Origin: Heptranchias perlo
Lineage: Eukaryota
Assembly: GCF_035084215.1 (NCBI RefSeq)
Contig: NC_090351.1
Location: forward strand, 32,302,001 to 32,366,000
Direction: 5' to 3'
DNA: 64,000 nt
Part shown: positions 17,700 to 46,050 of the stretch, piece after piece
How positions within the stretch are numbered: position 1 is the first letter of the stretch
Layout: every line of letters starts with the position of its first letter
The notes under the pieces: model-generated
Told to the model about the DNA's origin: nothing
The model's input: the letters and a program-made list of their open reading frames with translations, nothing else
Databases searched by the model: none
Made by a program: the position numbers and the translations under genes

Positions 17700-18427
17700 A
17701 GAAACATAGAAAATAGGCCATTCAGCCCTTCGGGCCTGCTCCGCCATTCAAAATGATCACGGCTGATCGTGTAACTCAGTACCCTGTTCCCGCTTTTTCC
17801 CCATATCCTTTGATCCCTTTAGCATTAAGAAATATATCTATCTCATTCTTGAATACATCTAATGAATTGGCCTCCACTGCCTTCTGTGGTAGAGAATTCC
17901 ACAGGTTCACCACACTATGAGTGAAGAAATTTCTCCTCATCTCGGTTCTAAATGGCATTCCCCGTATCCTGAGACTATGACCCCTGGTTCTGGACTCCCC
18001 AGCCATTGGGAACATCCTCCCTACATCTAGTCTGTCTACTCCTGTTAGAATTTTATATGTTTCGATGAGATCACCTCTCATTCTTCTAAACTCTAGTGAA
18101 TATAACCCTAGTCGACCCAATCTCTCCTCATACGTCAGTCCTGCCATCCCAGGAATCAGTCTGGTAAACCTTCATTGCACTCCCTCCACGGCAAGGACAT
18201 CCTTCCTTAGATAAGGAGACCAAAACTGCACACAATACTCCAGACGTGGTCTCACCAAGGCCCTGTATAACTGCAGTAAGACATCCCTGGTCCTGTACTC
18301 AAATCCTCTTGCAATGAAGGCCAACATACCATTCGCCTTCCTAACTGCTTGTTGCACCTGAATGCTCGCTTTCAGCGACTGGCGTACAAGGACACCTAGG
18401 TCTCGTTGCATCTCCCCTTTTCCCAAA
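17700..18427 (-). mobile_element. CR1 LINE 3' region
   Basis: LYRALVRPRLEYCVQFWSPY, YEERLGRLGLYSLEFRRMRGDLIETYKI; tatgtttc-type tail. Confidence 0.92.
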
Positions 18428-18579
18428 TGAGCAGAGCATCACTCTTGCAGCTAATGTTGTCAATTGAGCCCCCAAATTAAAGTATAACAATGTAGCACAC
18501 TCCTGGGCATTCAGCACCGGATATATTTTAACATCTGCAGTGGCTAAACAGTTAAATGATGTATATACAGCAGTGAAAC

Positions 18580-18890
18580 AGTTAATTTATCTTGTGATGC
18601 ACAAGTGACAATCTTTTTCGTGATTTTGAGAAGACTGTTTTAACCCGATTTGCAAATATATTTATGATTGCTTTATCAGTTATAAGGTTAATCTTTAATA
18701 TTACAACACTTAACATGGTTTATTATAATCCAAATGTTATTAATTAGGTACCATTTAAGTTGAAGAGTGTCCTTAATAAAAGGGATTTTGTTTGAGATAA
18801 ACTAATCATGAGTACATTAATATTTACGACTCATGTTGAATGATCTTATCTAAGTTCTCATGACAATGGGTTGGTCTGAGCGAGTATAAA
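18580..18890 (+). promoter_or_regulatory. Pepsinogen copy 1 promoter: TATA box plus GATA motifs
   Basis: TATAAA 18885-18890; WGATAR matches at 18587, 18673, 18795, 18846, retained upstream of copies 2 and 3. Confidence 0.6.
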
Positions 18891-18953
18891 TGTTGCTGCA
18901 TAGACCCCAAACTTTAGATTCCAAAGAGTGTCCAAACCAATTCAACGGACAAG

Positions 18954-27194
<8,241 letters not shown>

Positions 27195-27427
27195 TTTATT
27201 CATCTATATTCTCATTGAAAGCTCATCCTGATTCCCATTTTCATGTTGACTTAACCCGTCACCTGATTCCCCAGTGCAGCAATTGACACCTGGCTGCCCA
27301 GTGTAACAGATGAAGTCATCATATCTTGGATGACCAAAAACAAAGATGCACCGTTGACTGCTTGGCTGTGTGTTGGTGCTCAGCAGTGCTGTCCACTAAG
27401 TGACAACTGAAAGGCAATGAAAAGTGA

Positions 27428-27433
27428 AATAAA
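27428..27433 (+). promoter_or_regulatory. Candidate polyadenylation signal, copy 1 (another AATAAA at 27760)
   Basis: AATAAA about 235 nt after the stop codon. Confidence 0.45.
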
Positions 27434-28399
27434 AATTAAATAAATGCCTTGTCAGGGTGGGCTTTTAAAGGAACAGTCTTAGATCACTAGTTCTGGATTG
27501 GAAATGAGAATGTTGATATAGTCTAATTATATCTCCTCTTTGATTGTGTAGCACTTTTACTCAGTTCTTTCTTGGTTTGGACATTCAGCTGTGATATATT
27601 ATTGGTGCAGTGCTTCACTCCAGAGCCATACACATTTCTGTTGAAGGTGGATGACCTCTGCAGTGAAACCTGATTTGATGTAAATGTGATCCTAACATCA
27701 CACAGCGGGCTTTTCCAGCCTTTGGAATCTCTTTATTAGTGTAGTTCCTAAAATTGCTCAATAAAATAGAATCATGAAATGCATACTCCTGGATTTCCCG
27801 TCTCTTTCATGTCTGTGTGTGGAGAGGGCACCTCAATTCATCTTCACATTTGCGTTGATCGATGCTGTGGTTAACTCATGGAAACAATTACAAAACACAG
27901 GCAGGAATTTGCAGATCACATGAGAAGTCGTTGTTGAATGATGTTCTCAGTAATTTGAACAGGGGTTCCTGGAGTGTAGGTTTGGCTATAATTGAGGTAT
28001 CGGTACAATTCAGATACAAGTTCCCATTGTTTCAAGATGGAAGACCTCATTTACATTTTGGATTGAAATTTAGTGGACCCTGGCCGAGAATATCCAAAAG
28101 AGTCATCAAGACTTCCCAAGTTTCTGAGAGACAGTTTGTGATGAAATTAAACGTATAAGCACAGAGGAGGTCAGCATCTAAAAGTTAAGTTTGTGTTCAA
28201 GATTACTTCCTTGAAGTGTTCACTGGAGATGTCTATATTACGATAACCTCCAACCCAATAATCCAATTATACTTATGGACTTCAACATCAAAAAGATGGA
28301 ACCTCCGGATAGACTTAAAAAGGTTATAAACTAACAATTCACAGGGAACTAAGGAAGTCAAGGGATGAGATTTGTGAAGAGCTGACAGTCATCATGAAA

Positions 28400-28930
28400 T
28401 AGTTATAGGCAGATTCCATTGGATTGGAAACAAGCCAGTATCATATCCATATTCAGTAACAGTGAAGAATCTAACTTGGTAAATTGCAGATATTCTCACA
28501 TCGATAACAGTCCATGTATTGCAATCAGTTATCAGGAACAAATTTGAGAATTAACTGCATAATAACCGAATAAATAATAGCCAACACTGTTTCAGTAAGG
28601 GAAGATCCTGTCAGAGCAACCTCACTGACCTTTCTTTTCATGTGGCCTCAGAAAGCTTTTGACTATTCTCCTCATGTTAGGCTGCTACATGTCTGAACAC
28701 AATGGGAATTCAAGACAACAGCTTTGGAATGGACAAGAAATTTGCTGAAAGATAGGAATCAGTAGATGTTTGCTGGTGGACTGATGTCAGAGTGGGAAGA
28801 AGTACTGAGTGGAGTGCCCCAAAGATCGGTGCTGGGTCTCCTATTGTTTCTAATTTACATCGACCTGGAGATGCTCGGTACAACTCAATTGGCCAAGTTT
28901 ACAGATGATAGTAAACTAGTGGAGGCAGCT
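28400..28930 (+). mobile_element. Old CR1 RT fragment (duplicate at about 47240-47790)
   Basis: SGVPQRSVLGLLLFLIYI...KFTDDSKL. Confidence 0.75.
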
Positions 28931-30080
28931 GAGACTTTCCTCTTTTTACATTCGAACTATCTTGTGATGAACATCCCGTTAGTCTTTTTGATCAATTTTT
29001 GCACCATGGAGCTAGCTTCTAATAACTTATGAATAAGTACCTGGATCCCTAAACCTTTTTGATCCTGAACCCTTCCCCCAGTGCTGTCCAATTCAGATTA
29101 CACTTCCATCTAACATTCTTATGTCCAAAGTACTGCCTCATACTTTGATATGTTAATTTGCATCTGCCATTGTCCTAGACACTCAATTAATCTATTTATG
29201 TTCTTTTACAACTTTCTGCTCTCTTCATAATTTTATATAACTCCTAGATTAGTATTATCTGCAAAGTTGGATAGAATCTCTTCTATTCCCTAACACATGT
29301 CATTTATATACAGTGTGAAAAGCTGGGGCCCAGCAATGGTTCCTGAGCATGCACCTTGTCAAATGCTGCTTGAGAATAAAACATTGCATTTGAAATTTGG
29401 CATTGTTTGATTATTTTGTAACATTTTCAGAGTGGCTGAGGTAGTTGAATCTCTTTCATTCATGACGATATGACAGTAAACACAAAAAATGTGAACAGGA
29501 ACACAGAAAGTGTTAAGTATAATAGGTTTATTAATGAGTTATAACAAGTAGCAAAGATGGTTAAAATACAATAGTATAATTAAGTATGCTGGTTAGATTG
29601 ATACAACCTGGCTGATTATTCATGAAACAAGTACTTCAGGGTGTGCACCTGCCAGAGTACTAATCAATGGGGAGTCCAGCTGTGCCTCCAGAACATTCTG
29701 CCTCATTACCGAAAAACACCTCACTTATATATGTTTGAAAGACAAACTACTCTGTATGTCTGAGCTTCCCATCAATCATCTCCTGTGTCTCAAAATGGAG
29801 GCAATCAGCCTTACTCCCATACTCCCAACATTCAGCACAGCAACACTCCTTTGTGGTTCCCCAGCACTTATCTTAACAACCTTCTGCATTCCTCCAATGA
29901 TACCACCATTAAGGTGACCCAGGTGCTAGTTAACCAAAAGGGTGTTCTCTCTCAAGGTTGTGAGCAGCTTGTTTTGATACAAACAACAAGCCCTTTGTTC
30001 ACAGCTGATTTAACATGTATTCTACATTAACATAAGATTTCTAATAATAATATAGAAAGGTTGTGTAGTGCTTTTCTTAC

Positions 30081-31035
30081 ACTGCCCTTGACATCAAGGC
30101 AACATCCCAGCGAGTGTGGCACGAAGGAGCCCTAATAAAGCTGAAGTCCATGGGGATCAGGGGATAAACTCTCCAATGGCTGAAGTCATACCTGACAAAA
30201 GGAAGATGGTTGTGATTGTTGGAGGCCAATCTTCTCAGCCCCAAAACATTGCTGCAGGAGTTCCTCAGGGCAGCACCCTCGGCCCAACTATCTTCAGCAG
30301 TGACCATTCCTCCTTCATAAGGTCAGAAGTGGGCTGTTTGCTGATGATTGTACAGTGTTCAGCTCCATTTGCAATTCCACAGACAACAAAGCAGTCCATG
30401 CCTGCATGCAGCAAGACCTCGACAACAACCAGGCTTGTGCTGATAAGTGCCAAATAACATCCGTGCCACACAAGTGTCAGGCAATGACCATCTCCAACAA
30501 GAAGGAGCATAACTACCTCCCCTTGACATTCAATGGCATTACCATTGCTGAGCCCTCCAACATCACCATCTTGGAGGTCACCATTGACCAGAAACTCAAA
30601 TGGACCAGCCACAAATAATGCCGTGCCCACGAGAGCAGATCAGAGGCTGGATACTCTGCAGTGAGTGGCTCATCTCCTGACTCTCAAAAATCTTTCTCCC
30701 ACCCAATAGGCACAAGTCAAGATTGTGATGGAATACTCTCCAGTTGCCTTGACGGGTGCAGCTCCAACAATACACAAGAAGCTCCACACTTTCCAGGACA
30801 AAGGAGTCGCTTAATCCACCACCCACCCACTGGCTTAAACAAACACTCCCTCCACATCCGGCGTACTGTGGCTGCAGTGTGTCCTACCCACATGATGCAC
30901 TGCAGCAAACTCGCCACGGTTTCTTCAGCAGCACCTCCCAAACCCGCGTCCTCCACCAACCAGATGCAGAAGGGCAGCAGGGGCATGGGAACATCATTAC
31001 CTCCAAGTTCCCCTGCAAGTCACACCATCTTGACT
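30081..31035 (+). mobile_element. L2/CR1-group LINE fragment
   Basis: GVPQGSTLGPTIFS, ITILEVTIDQKLKW; same family as 14720-16250. Confidence 0.88.
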
Positions 31036-32759
31036 TAAAGGAACTTCGTTCATTTAATGAGCAGCCTCCTACTGTTCCTTTAAGGCTGCTCTCTGCTGGT
31101 ACGAATGGGTGGAGCACGTACGGTGCACATTCCACCCATTTTTACCTCAAAACTTCCTTCAGTTACCTGACATTAAACTTAAAACACGAATCAAATGTAT
31201 TAAAGAAGCAAGCACATTACCCAACAGTGATGATATAATTCTATATTTACAGCAGAAAGCCTATTATATAACTCCTCCAGTGAACAAAATTTTAAAAGTT
31301 GGAACTCGAAGAAACATTTGAAAAAAAAATCTTTCAGATAAACAGTAATTCCTTTAATTCTGGAATATTTTTCTGACCGATTCCTTCTCTTCGAGATTTT
31401 CAAACTGACCCCCTCGATTCAAACTGAATCGCTCCTTTTATATTCCAGAAAAGTTACTGCGACTTCTAGGATTTTGAATATCGGACTGCTCAAACTTAAA
31501 TAGGAAATTATTACTCATATACAAACCAAGCCAATCATACCACATTGTTTCAGTTAGAATTATTGCTCTCCAGCCTGAAAGTGAAAATAATCTTTCAACG
31601 CTGTATCGAAATGAGTTTGGTATATGAATTTGAGCTGCATTTGATATATTTTATAAATTGCTTAAGTACAATGACGGAATTTAAAAAGAACAGGCACAAA
31701 CCGAAAAGTGAACAATATTCCTCATTTTCGTTGCAACCTCCATCCCCTCCCAATATGTAATCAAGTGAAACTACCAGAATATCGACATAACCACAGTAAC
31801 CTCGTCATTCAACTGTGGCCATTTGCCTTCCACAGATGGCGCTCCGCGGTTCCAGCAGTGGAAAATTAAATTACCGATCCTGCATTTTTAGTTAATAAGT
31901 GCAATTGAAAATAAGAGAGACACAGGCTGTGAGTTCCATGGTGAAATAGCAAGATCAGTGTTGCATTAAATTCAGGGATTTTCAGGAAATAAGCAACACA
32001 ACTTATTTCATGAATGAAACTGTTTCTTTGCTCTATTATTTGGTTCTGAATTATTTTCATCTAGAGTTAAAGAATGTGCACTTTGTTTAGCAAATTAACT
32101 TTCATGGATCGGAATGGGCAAGGATTGGAGAATTTCAAACACCTTAAAAAGATAATTTATTCACTATAATATCACATATAATTGAGATATATTGGATGAT
32201 GTTAAATTACATCTTCAGTGAATAACTTTGGACAGATTTAAGTAAATACAAACCTAACAAGACATGTGTAAGAGTACAGGTTGTATGTACCTAATGATCA
32301 ATACACGGAGTGCACGTATTCTGTATAATGTGAGTCAGTGCAGATTTCATATAGTACATGAATAATGATCTCACCATCTGGTGGAGAAGGTCGGTAGTAA
32401 CAATATTTTGATCAAATTCAATCAAATATAAATTTCATAGGACAGCCTTCCATCTTCAACGAGCTGCATTAATGAGTAAAAGACTATTTTCCTTCAAAGC
32501 TATAACATTCACAGCGTGCAGGAAGGGCTCTCTGGAAAAAAATCATTTGAACCGCTTGATTCCTCACTAGTTTGCTCTCAAGTGCCCTGGTTCAGGTGCC
32601 TTATTACTTAATGTGTAGCAAATGGCAGTGCTACATTGGAATTTCCCTTCAGAGTCTCTGATTTAGTCCTTTGTCTTTTTCTTTTGGAGTTCAGGAGTCC
32701 ATGTGCACATTCAAACAATTGCCTTTGAAAGGGAAGCAGCCAGTTAAAGGGAAGCGTCA

Positions 32760-33760
32760 CTCTTCTGGGAGAATGGCTGAAGCAGTCGCAGCTGGAAACT
32801 ATCGCAGATTCTTGGATTCAAGTCCAGGGGTCCTTTTATCAGAAGCCTCAGCCAAAAGAGCGCGATTTTGGGCCTTGAGGGCAGGAACTCCCATGAAAGG
32901 TTGGTGCAGTGTGTCTGGAGGGAGGAGGCAGAAGCAGTCAGTGCGACCTCCACCACCCCAAGAAATGTCACACAATCCTGGAAGAGGTTCAATGATGGAT
33001 CAAGGGTAGCTAAGGTAAGTCTAGACACTCTTGCCACTGCACATCTTCTACCACTCAGGAAGCTTTCCTTCATCTCCTTACCTCTCATATTCACTTTCTC
33101 TCTGCATCGATGTGTCAAGAGAACTCACAACTGCAAAGGGCAACCCCTACAAACACTCAAACACCTTCATTACTCAAAAACTCTCTGCCAACTCATATTG
33201 CCTGCCACATGTGCTACAGCTGGTCTTCAAGGACAGCTGATTTAAAGGGACCTTCACATTTCATCATCTTAGGACGCATGCACCTCTGCTACTCATATGC
33301 CCGTAACATTGTTTTCTCTTCTTCCAAAGGAAATGGTTCATACAGGGCATGTGGTGACAGGGCTGTGCCATGAGATTCAGAGGCACAAATGACAACATGG
33401 GTACAATCAATAACCTCCTCAATCCTGGGAATGCCAACAGATCTGTAGAATTCTCTTGCCATAACACTTAGCTGCGGTTGGTCAACAGTGAACTTGATGG
33501 TCATAGCTGAATAATGTATCGAAGAGGTTACAGATGCATCTGTGGTTAGCAATGTGGCTGACACGATAGGTATCCCTAGTGCTAGCCTATAAGGAACCCA
33601 ATCTGTAAGTGCTTACACAATCACAGTGCTACGTTGATCTGCAATGTTGTCTGGAGGTTATCCTGAAGTGGATGGCATAGCTCCATCATTGCCTCCCTGC
33701 TCAGCTGCAGTCTCTTTTGACACATCTCTTCTATAATTCCAAAATAGCTGTGCCTCATAT
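32760..33760. mobile_element. Second PIF/Harbinger remnant (convergent Myb-like + and transposase -)
   Basis: + WREEAEAVSATSTTPRNVTQSWKRFND (Myb/SANT-like); - AREFYRSVGIPRIEEVIDCTHV (first catalytic Asp region). Confidence 0.75.
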
Positions 33761-34477
33761 GGTAGACTTGGTATATTGTATTGGTGGAACATGACAGTTC
33801 GTCTTACATGCCACCTAACAAAACGGTAACCTTATGCATGCCCCAGTATTAACAATCTACCAGTCTATTGCTGGGTATAGAATGGAAATAGTACAGGATG
33901 CACACCATATGCCCCTGACCTGTCTGATCGGTAGAATAACACCTTTCTAACAAATCATATATTTCAGGTTAAATTACAAAACACATTTCTTCTAAGATAT
34001 AAATTTGTACAGAATTATAGAAAAACTTCATTAATCATGGGGCTATCAATGTCGTTACTGAGTTATTTATATTTTGTGTATTCAATGCGTCATCCATTGC
34101 ACCTGAATATTTTGTAATGTCCAAAAATGAAGTGATTGCTCAATGAATTAACCAGCGTAAAATACACTTGCTAGTTCTTGCTGTCAAAAATTGTCCAATA
34201 GAAGATCTCTCAGAATTCAGAGCTCTCCAGAAGAACTGATAAGAGCTGCACTGTTAAATTCATTGGCACAACTTTTTTAAATGTTATAATTCTTCTGTAA
34301 GAAAAAATAAAGGCAAACATTGAATACAATTTCCCACATTTTCTTTACTTTTGTTAACACTTCGCCATGTTCAATTCATCAATGAAAATGATTGGTGATC
34401 GTTTCTTTCCTTCTCAAATCCCTGAAAGACGTTACATTAAAAGCCGGCAACGGTAAGATTTCCAACTACTCATGTGT

Positions 34478-34940
34478 CAGCCTTGGCTTAGTAGCAACAC
34501 TCTTGTCTCTAAATCATAAAATTGTGGGATCAAGCCCCACTCCAAAGACTTGAGCATATAATCTAGGCTAACACTCCAGTTCAGTACTGAAGGAATGCTG
34601 CACTGTCGGAGGTACTGTCTTTTGGTTGAAATGTTAAACAGAGACTTCTCTGCCTTCTCAGGTGGATGTAAAGATCCCATATCACTATCTGAGGAAGAGC
34701 AGGGCAGTTCTCCTGGTAACCTGGCCAGCATTCCTCTGTCAAGCAACACCACTGAAGCACATTACTTGGTCACTTATTTCATTGCTGTTTGTGGGACCTT
34801 GCTGTGTGCAAACTGGCTGCTATGTGTCCCTGCATTATAACAGTGACTACACTTCAAAACTATTTCAGTTACTGCAAAGCACTTGTGCGACATCCTGAGG
34901 TTGTGAAAGGGGCTATATAAATGCAAGTTATTTACTTCTT
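34478..34940 (+). mobile_element. Deu-domain SINE, near full length (duplicate at 53361-53823)
   Basis: Homology to 8016-8480. Confidence 0.85.
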
Positions 34941-35569
34941 TACACTTACACAAATTACACATTTCTCAAGTAAATTTCGCCAAAATTTAGTGCACGAATA
35001 AATTAACATTCCTCAATGGAAAATGTCAATGCAAATGTTTGCAGGATTTTTTGACATCAAAAACTGTTTTCTTGTGAAAGCTTTAACTTGAAGTCATGAG
35101 CGATTAATAGCAAAATGCTGAACAAGAAGAGTAATTGTTAAATCAAAGGTTCTAACCAATTAAAAGAAAAAAAAATTAACCATTAACAGTATTTCTAAAT
35201 TACATGGGAAAATTAATACTGAGGATTGTACTGTGTAAGTGTGGCATAATTTAATGACTCCTTCATGTGCACAGAGAGTCAGACCTATAAATTGGTTGGC
35301 TGTAAATCGCAAAATTGCATGAGCCAGCAGCTCTTAGAGGGCTGCTGTTATGCCCTTGAAGGAGAGTTGTCTCAAATTGTTCAGCTGAAGAGAGCAACCA
35401 ATTTGAAAGCATCATGTGTGCAATGAGGACTGCACCAGAGACTCCTGCCTTCAAATACAACTCCTTGGAAGTGATAGTTGGCAGCATGTGGAGTGCGATA
35501 GTTTGAGAATTTCTGCTGGAAATTTTAGCATACATACGCTGATTTTGAACTAACACTGTGAGGACTTGC

Positions 35570-36870
35570 AACTGGGAATTTGGTGAGTATGGGAATTCAC
35601 TGGTAGGTGTGTTTTATTTTTTTATCAAACTGAAATTTAACTGAGATTAAACTTAGTTGACTAATTTTAAAAAGCTGCAAGTCAGTGGCAGTTAATAGTT
35701 AGCAGACAATCAGCTGTAAGTAGGTTCCTGACTAGGTATTAATAATTTTGGGTGGAAGTTGACTCACCAATTGTAACTAGGATGTGTCAGAATGGTTATA
35801 TAGTACAAGGAGCTTTGCAAAAGCACAGAGCTTGGTAAAGACAGAAAGTGAACCATTCACGGGTGAATTGCTAACAGAGTGAGGACTTTCAATGGGAATT
35901 TAGTGAGCGTGGGAAGGAGGTGCAGAGGGGGAAGGAAGCGCAAAGTGATTTAAACCAAGGGACTATAAACTAATCTATCAACATTTAAAACTCAAATAAA
36001 AAGTACATAAAATTTTGAAAAATTAATTACTAATTTTTTTGATATTAAAGCTAAATCCATTTACCAAATATGATCTAGATCTCAAGTGATTCTATTACTC
36101 CTAGATATGAACTACTGATTAAATAAATAAAAACTAGAGATGGCAGTACAGGGTGTGTGTTGGAATTGTAGTATGTGGGAGTTTGTGGACAGCAAGACCA
36201 TCCCGGATTACCACATCTACAGTAAAGATTGATGAGGGCAATGCGGTTGATGTGATGCATGTGGACTTGCAAAAGGTGTTTGATAAAGTGCTGCATAATA
36301 GGCTCGTCATCAAGATTGAAGCCCATGGAATAAAAGGGCAGTAGCAGCATGGATACAAAATTGGCTAAGAAACAGGAAGCTGAGAGAAGTGGTGAACGGT
36401 TGTTTTTCGGACTGGAGGGAGGTGTACAGTGGTGTTCCCCAGGGGTCGGTACTAGGATCACTGCTTTTCTTGATATATATTAATGACTTGGACTTGGGTG
36501 TACAGGGCACAATTTCCAAATTTGCAGATGACACAAAACTCGGAAGTGTAGTGAACAGTGAGGAGGATACTGATAGACTTCAAGAGGATATAGACAAGCT
36601 GATGCAATGGACGGACACGTAGCTGATGAAATTTAATGCAGAAAAATGCAAAGTGATAAATTTCGGTAGAAAGAATGAGGAATGGCAATATAAACTACAG
36701 GGCACAATTCTAAAAGGGGTACAGGAACAGAGAGATCTAGGGGTATATGTGCACAAATCATTGAAAGTGGCAGGGCAGGTTGAGAAAGCTATTAAAAAAG
36801 CATACGGGATCCTGGGCTTTATAAATAGTGTACAAAAGCATGGAAGTCATGATGAACCTTTATAAATCGC
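35570..36870 (+). mobile_element. Internally deleted CR1 LINE (5' region and ORF1 start fused to RT)
   Basis: 36140 MAVQGVCWNCSMWEF (ORF1 zinc-finger-like start) joined to DEGNAVDV..DLQKVFDKV, GVPQGSVLG, KFADDTKL; 5' boundary approximate. Confidence 0.75.
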
Positions 36871-38396
36871 TGAGCTAGTCTGACCCATTTCTCTGCCCTT
36901 GTTGGGTCAGCTAAATTAATAGATTATGCATTAGAGCAAGAAATAGTAAGTTAAATATTACCCATTGCAGAAAGGGCAACAGGTTATCAAACAAAGAAAG
37001 AGTTGATAGTCCTGTGTAAAGAAGGCAGTCATTCCTCCTTAATGGAAAAAAACGGCTAGAGTTTCTTGGGCAACAAAATAATACAAGGTGACTAACGGCA
37101 ACTTAAGTGGATGGCATATCTTACAAGAACCGACAGGAAAACAGGGGACATTTGACTGTGTTACATCTGTTCATTTACCTCAGCAGAACATGATGGGAGT
37201 TACCCAGAGATCTCCAGTATGGCTTTATGCGCAATGTACACATTTCCTCTTTTGTCTCCAAAAAAGTGCAGACATATGTTGAGGTTCTCATTTATTGGCA
37301 GCTGCTGAATTCACCCACGTTCCCATTCTTGACTTGAGCTGTTACAGTGAGTGCAAGTGGGCTGTTGGGCATAGGGGCGATCACAGCAGAGCCTAATCCT
37401 CTCATTATCCAATGTCCATGGATGCAACCTTCCAACAGAGTCCATTGGATAACAATCAGGAGTGGGAATCTTGGTGTTGTCCCTTTCACGGGCTGGAAAA
37501 TGCTGGAATCAATTGCATTACTGCGATTAAAATCAGCTAACACACAAATGTCGACACTGTTGTTTTGTAGGCATTATAGCAAAGTCCCACAAACATCAAT
37601 GAAATGAATGACCAGTTAATCTATTTTGTTCCTGTTGGCTGAGGGATGAATGTTGGGTAGGACACTGGGAGAATTACTACTCTTTTTTGAAAAAGTCCAC
37701 CTGAACAGTAGAAGGGTCCAGGGTTTAATATCTCATCTGAAAGGCAACACCTCTGACAATGCAGCATTCCCTCAATGCATCATTGAAGTGCAATCCTAGA
37801 TTATGTGCTCGAGTCCTGGACTGGAGCTTAAAGCTTTATGAACCGGTGGTGTGATTTTTACCACTAAGCCAATATCTACGCTTGACATAAGAGCATATTT
37901 CAAATGCACAAAATATCCTTTTGACATATCTAATTGAGCAGTGCATCGCTCTTGCAGCTAATGGTGTCAATTGAACCCCCTCAATTAAAGTAAAACCAAG
38001 TAGCGCACTCCTGGGCATTCAGTAACGGATATGTTTCAACATCCGCGTGGCTAAACAGCTAAATGTTATATCCAGCAGTGAAGCAGTTAATTTATCTTGT
38101 GATGTACACGTGGCAATACTATTTTGTGGTTTTGATAAGACTGTTTTTAACCCAATTTGCAAATATATTTATGATTGCTTTATCAGTTATAAGGCTAATC
38201 TTTAATAATACAACACTTAACATGGTTTATTTTAATACAACTTATATTAATTAAGTGCCTCTTAAGTTGAAGAGTGTCCTTAATAAAAGGGATTGTGTTT
38301 GAGATAAACTAACCATGAGTACATTAATATTTACTTCTCATGTTGAATGATCTTATCTGGGTCCTCGTCACAATGGAATAGGTTGGTCTGAGCGAG

Positions 38397-38402
38397 TATA
38401 AA
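38397..38402 (+). promoter_or_regulatory. TATA box, pepsinogen copy 2
   Basis: TATAAA at the same spacing to the ATG as in copy 1. Confidence 0.65.
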
Positions 38403-38465
38403 TGTTGCTGCATAGACCCCAAACTTTAAGTTCCGAAGAGTGTCTGAACCAATTCAACGGACAAG

Positions 38466-46050
<7,585 letters not shown>

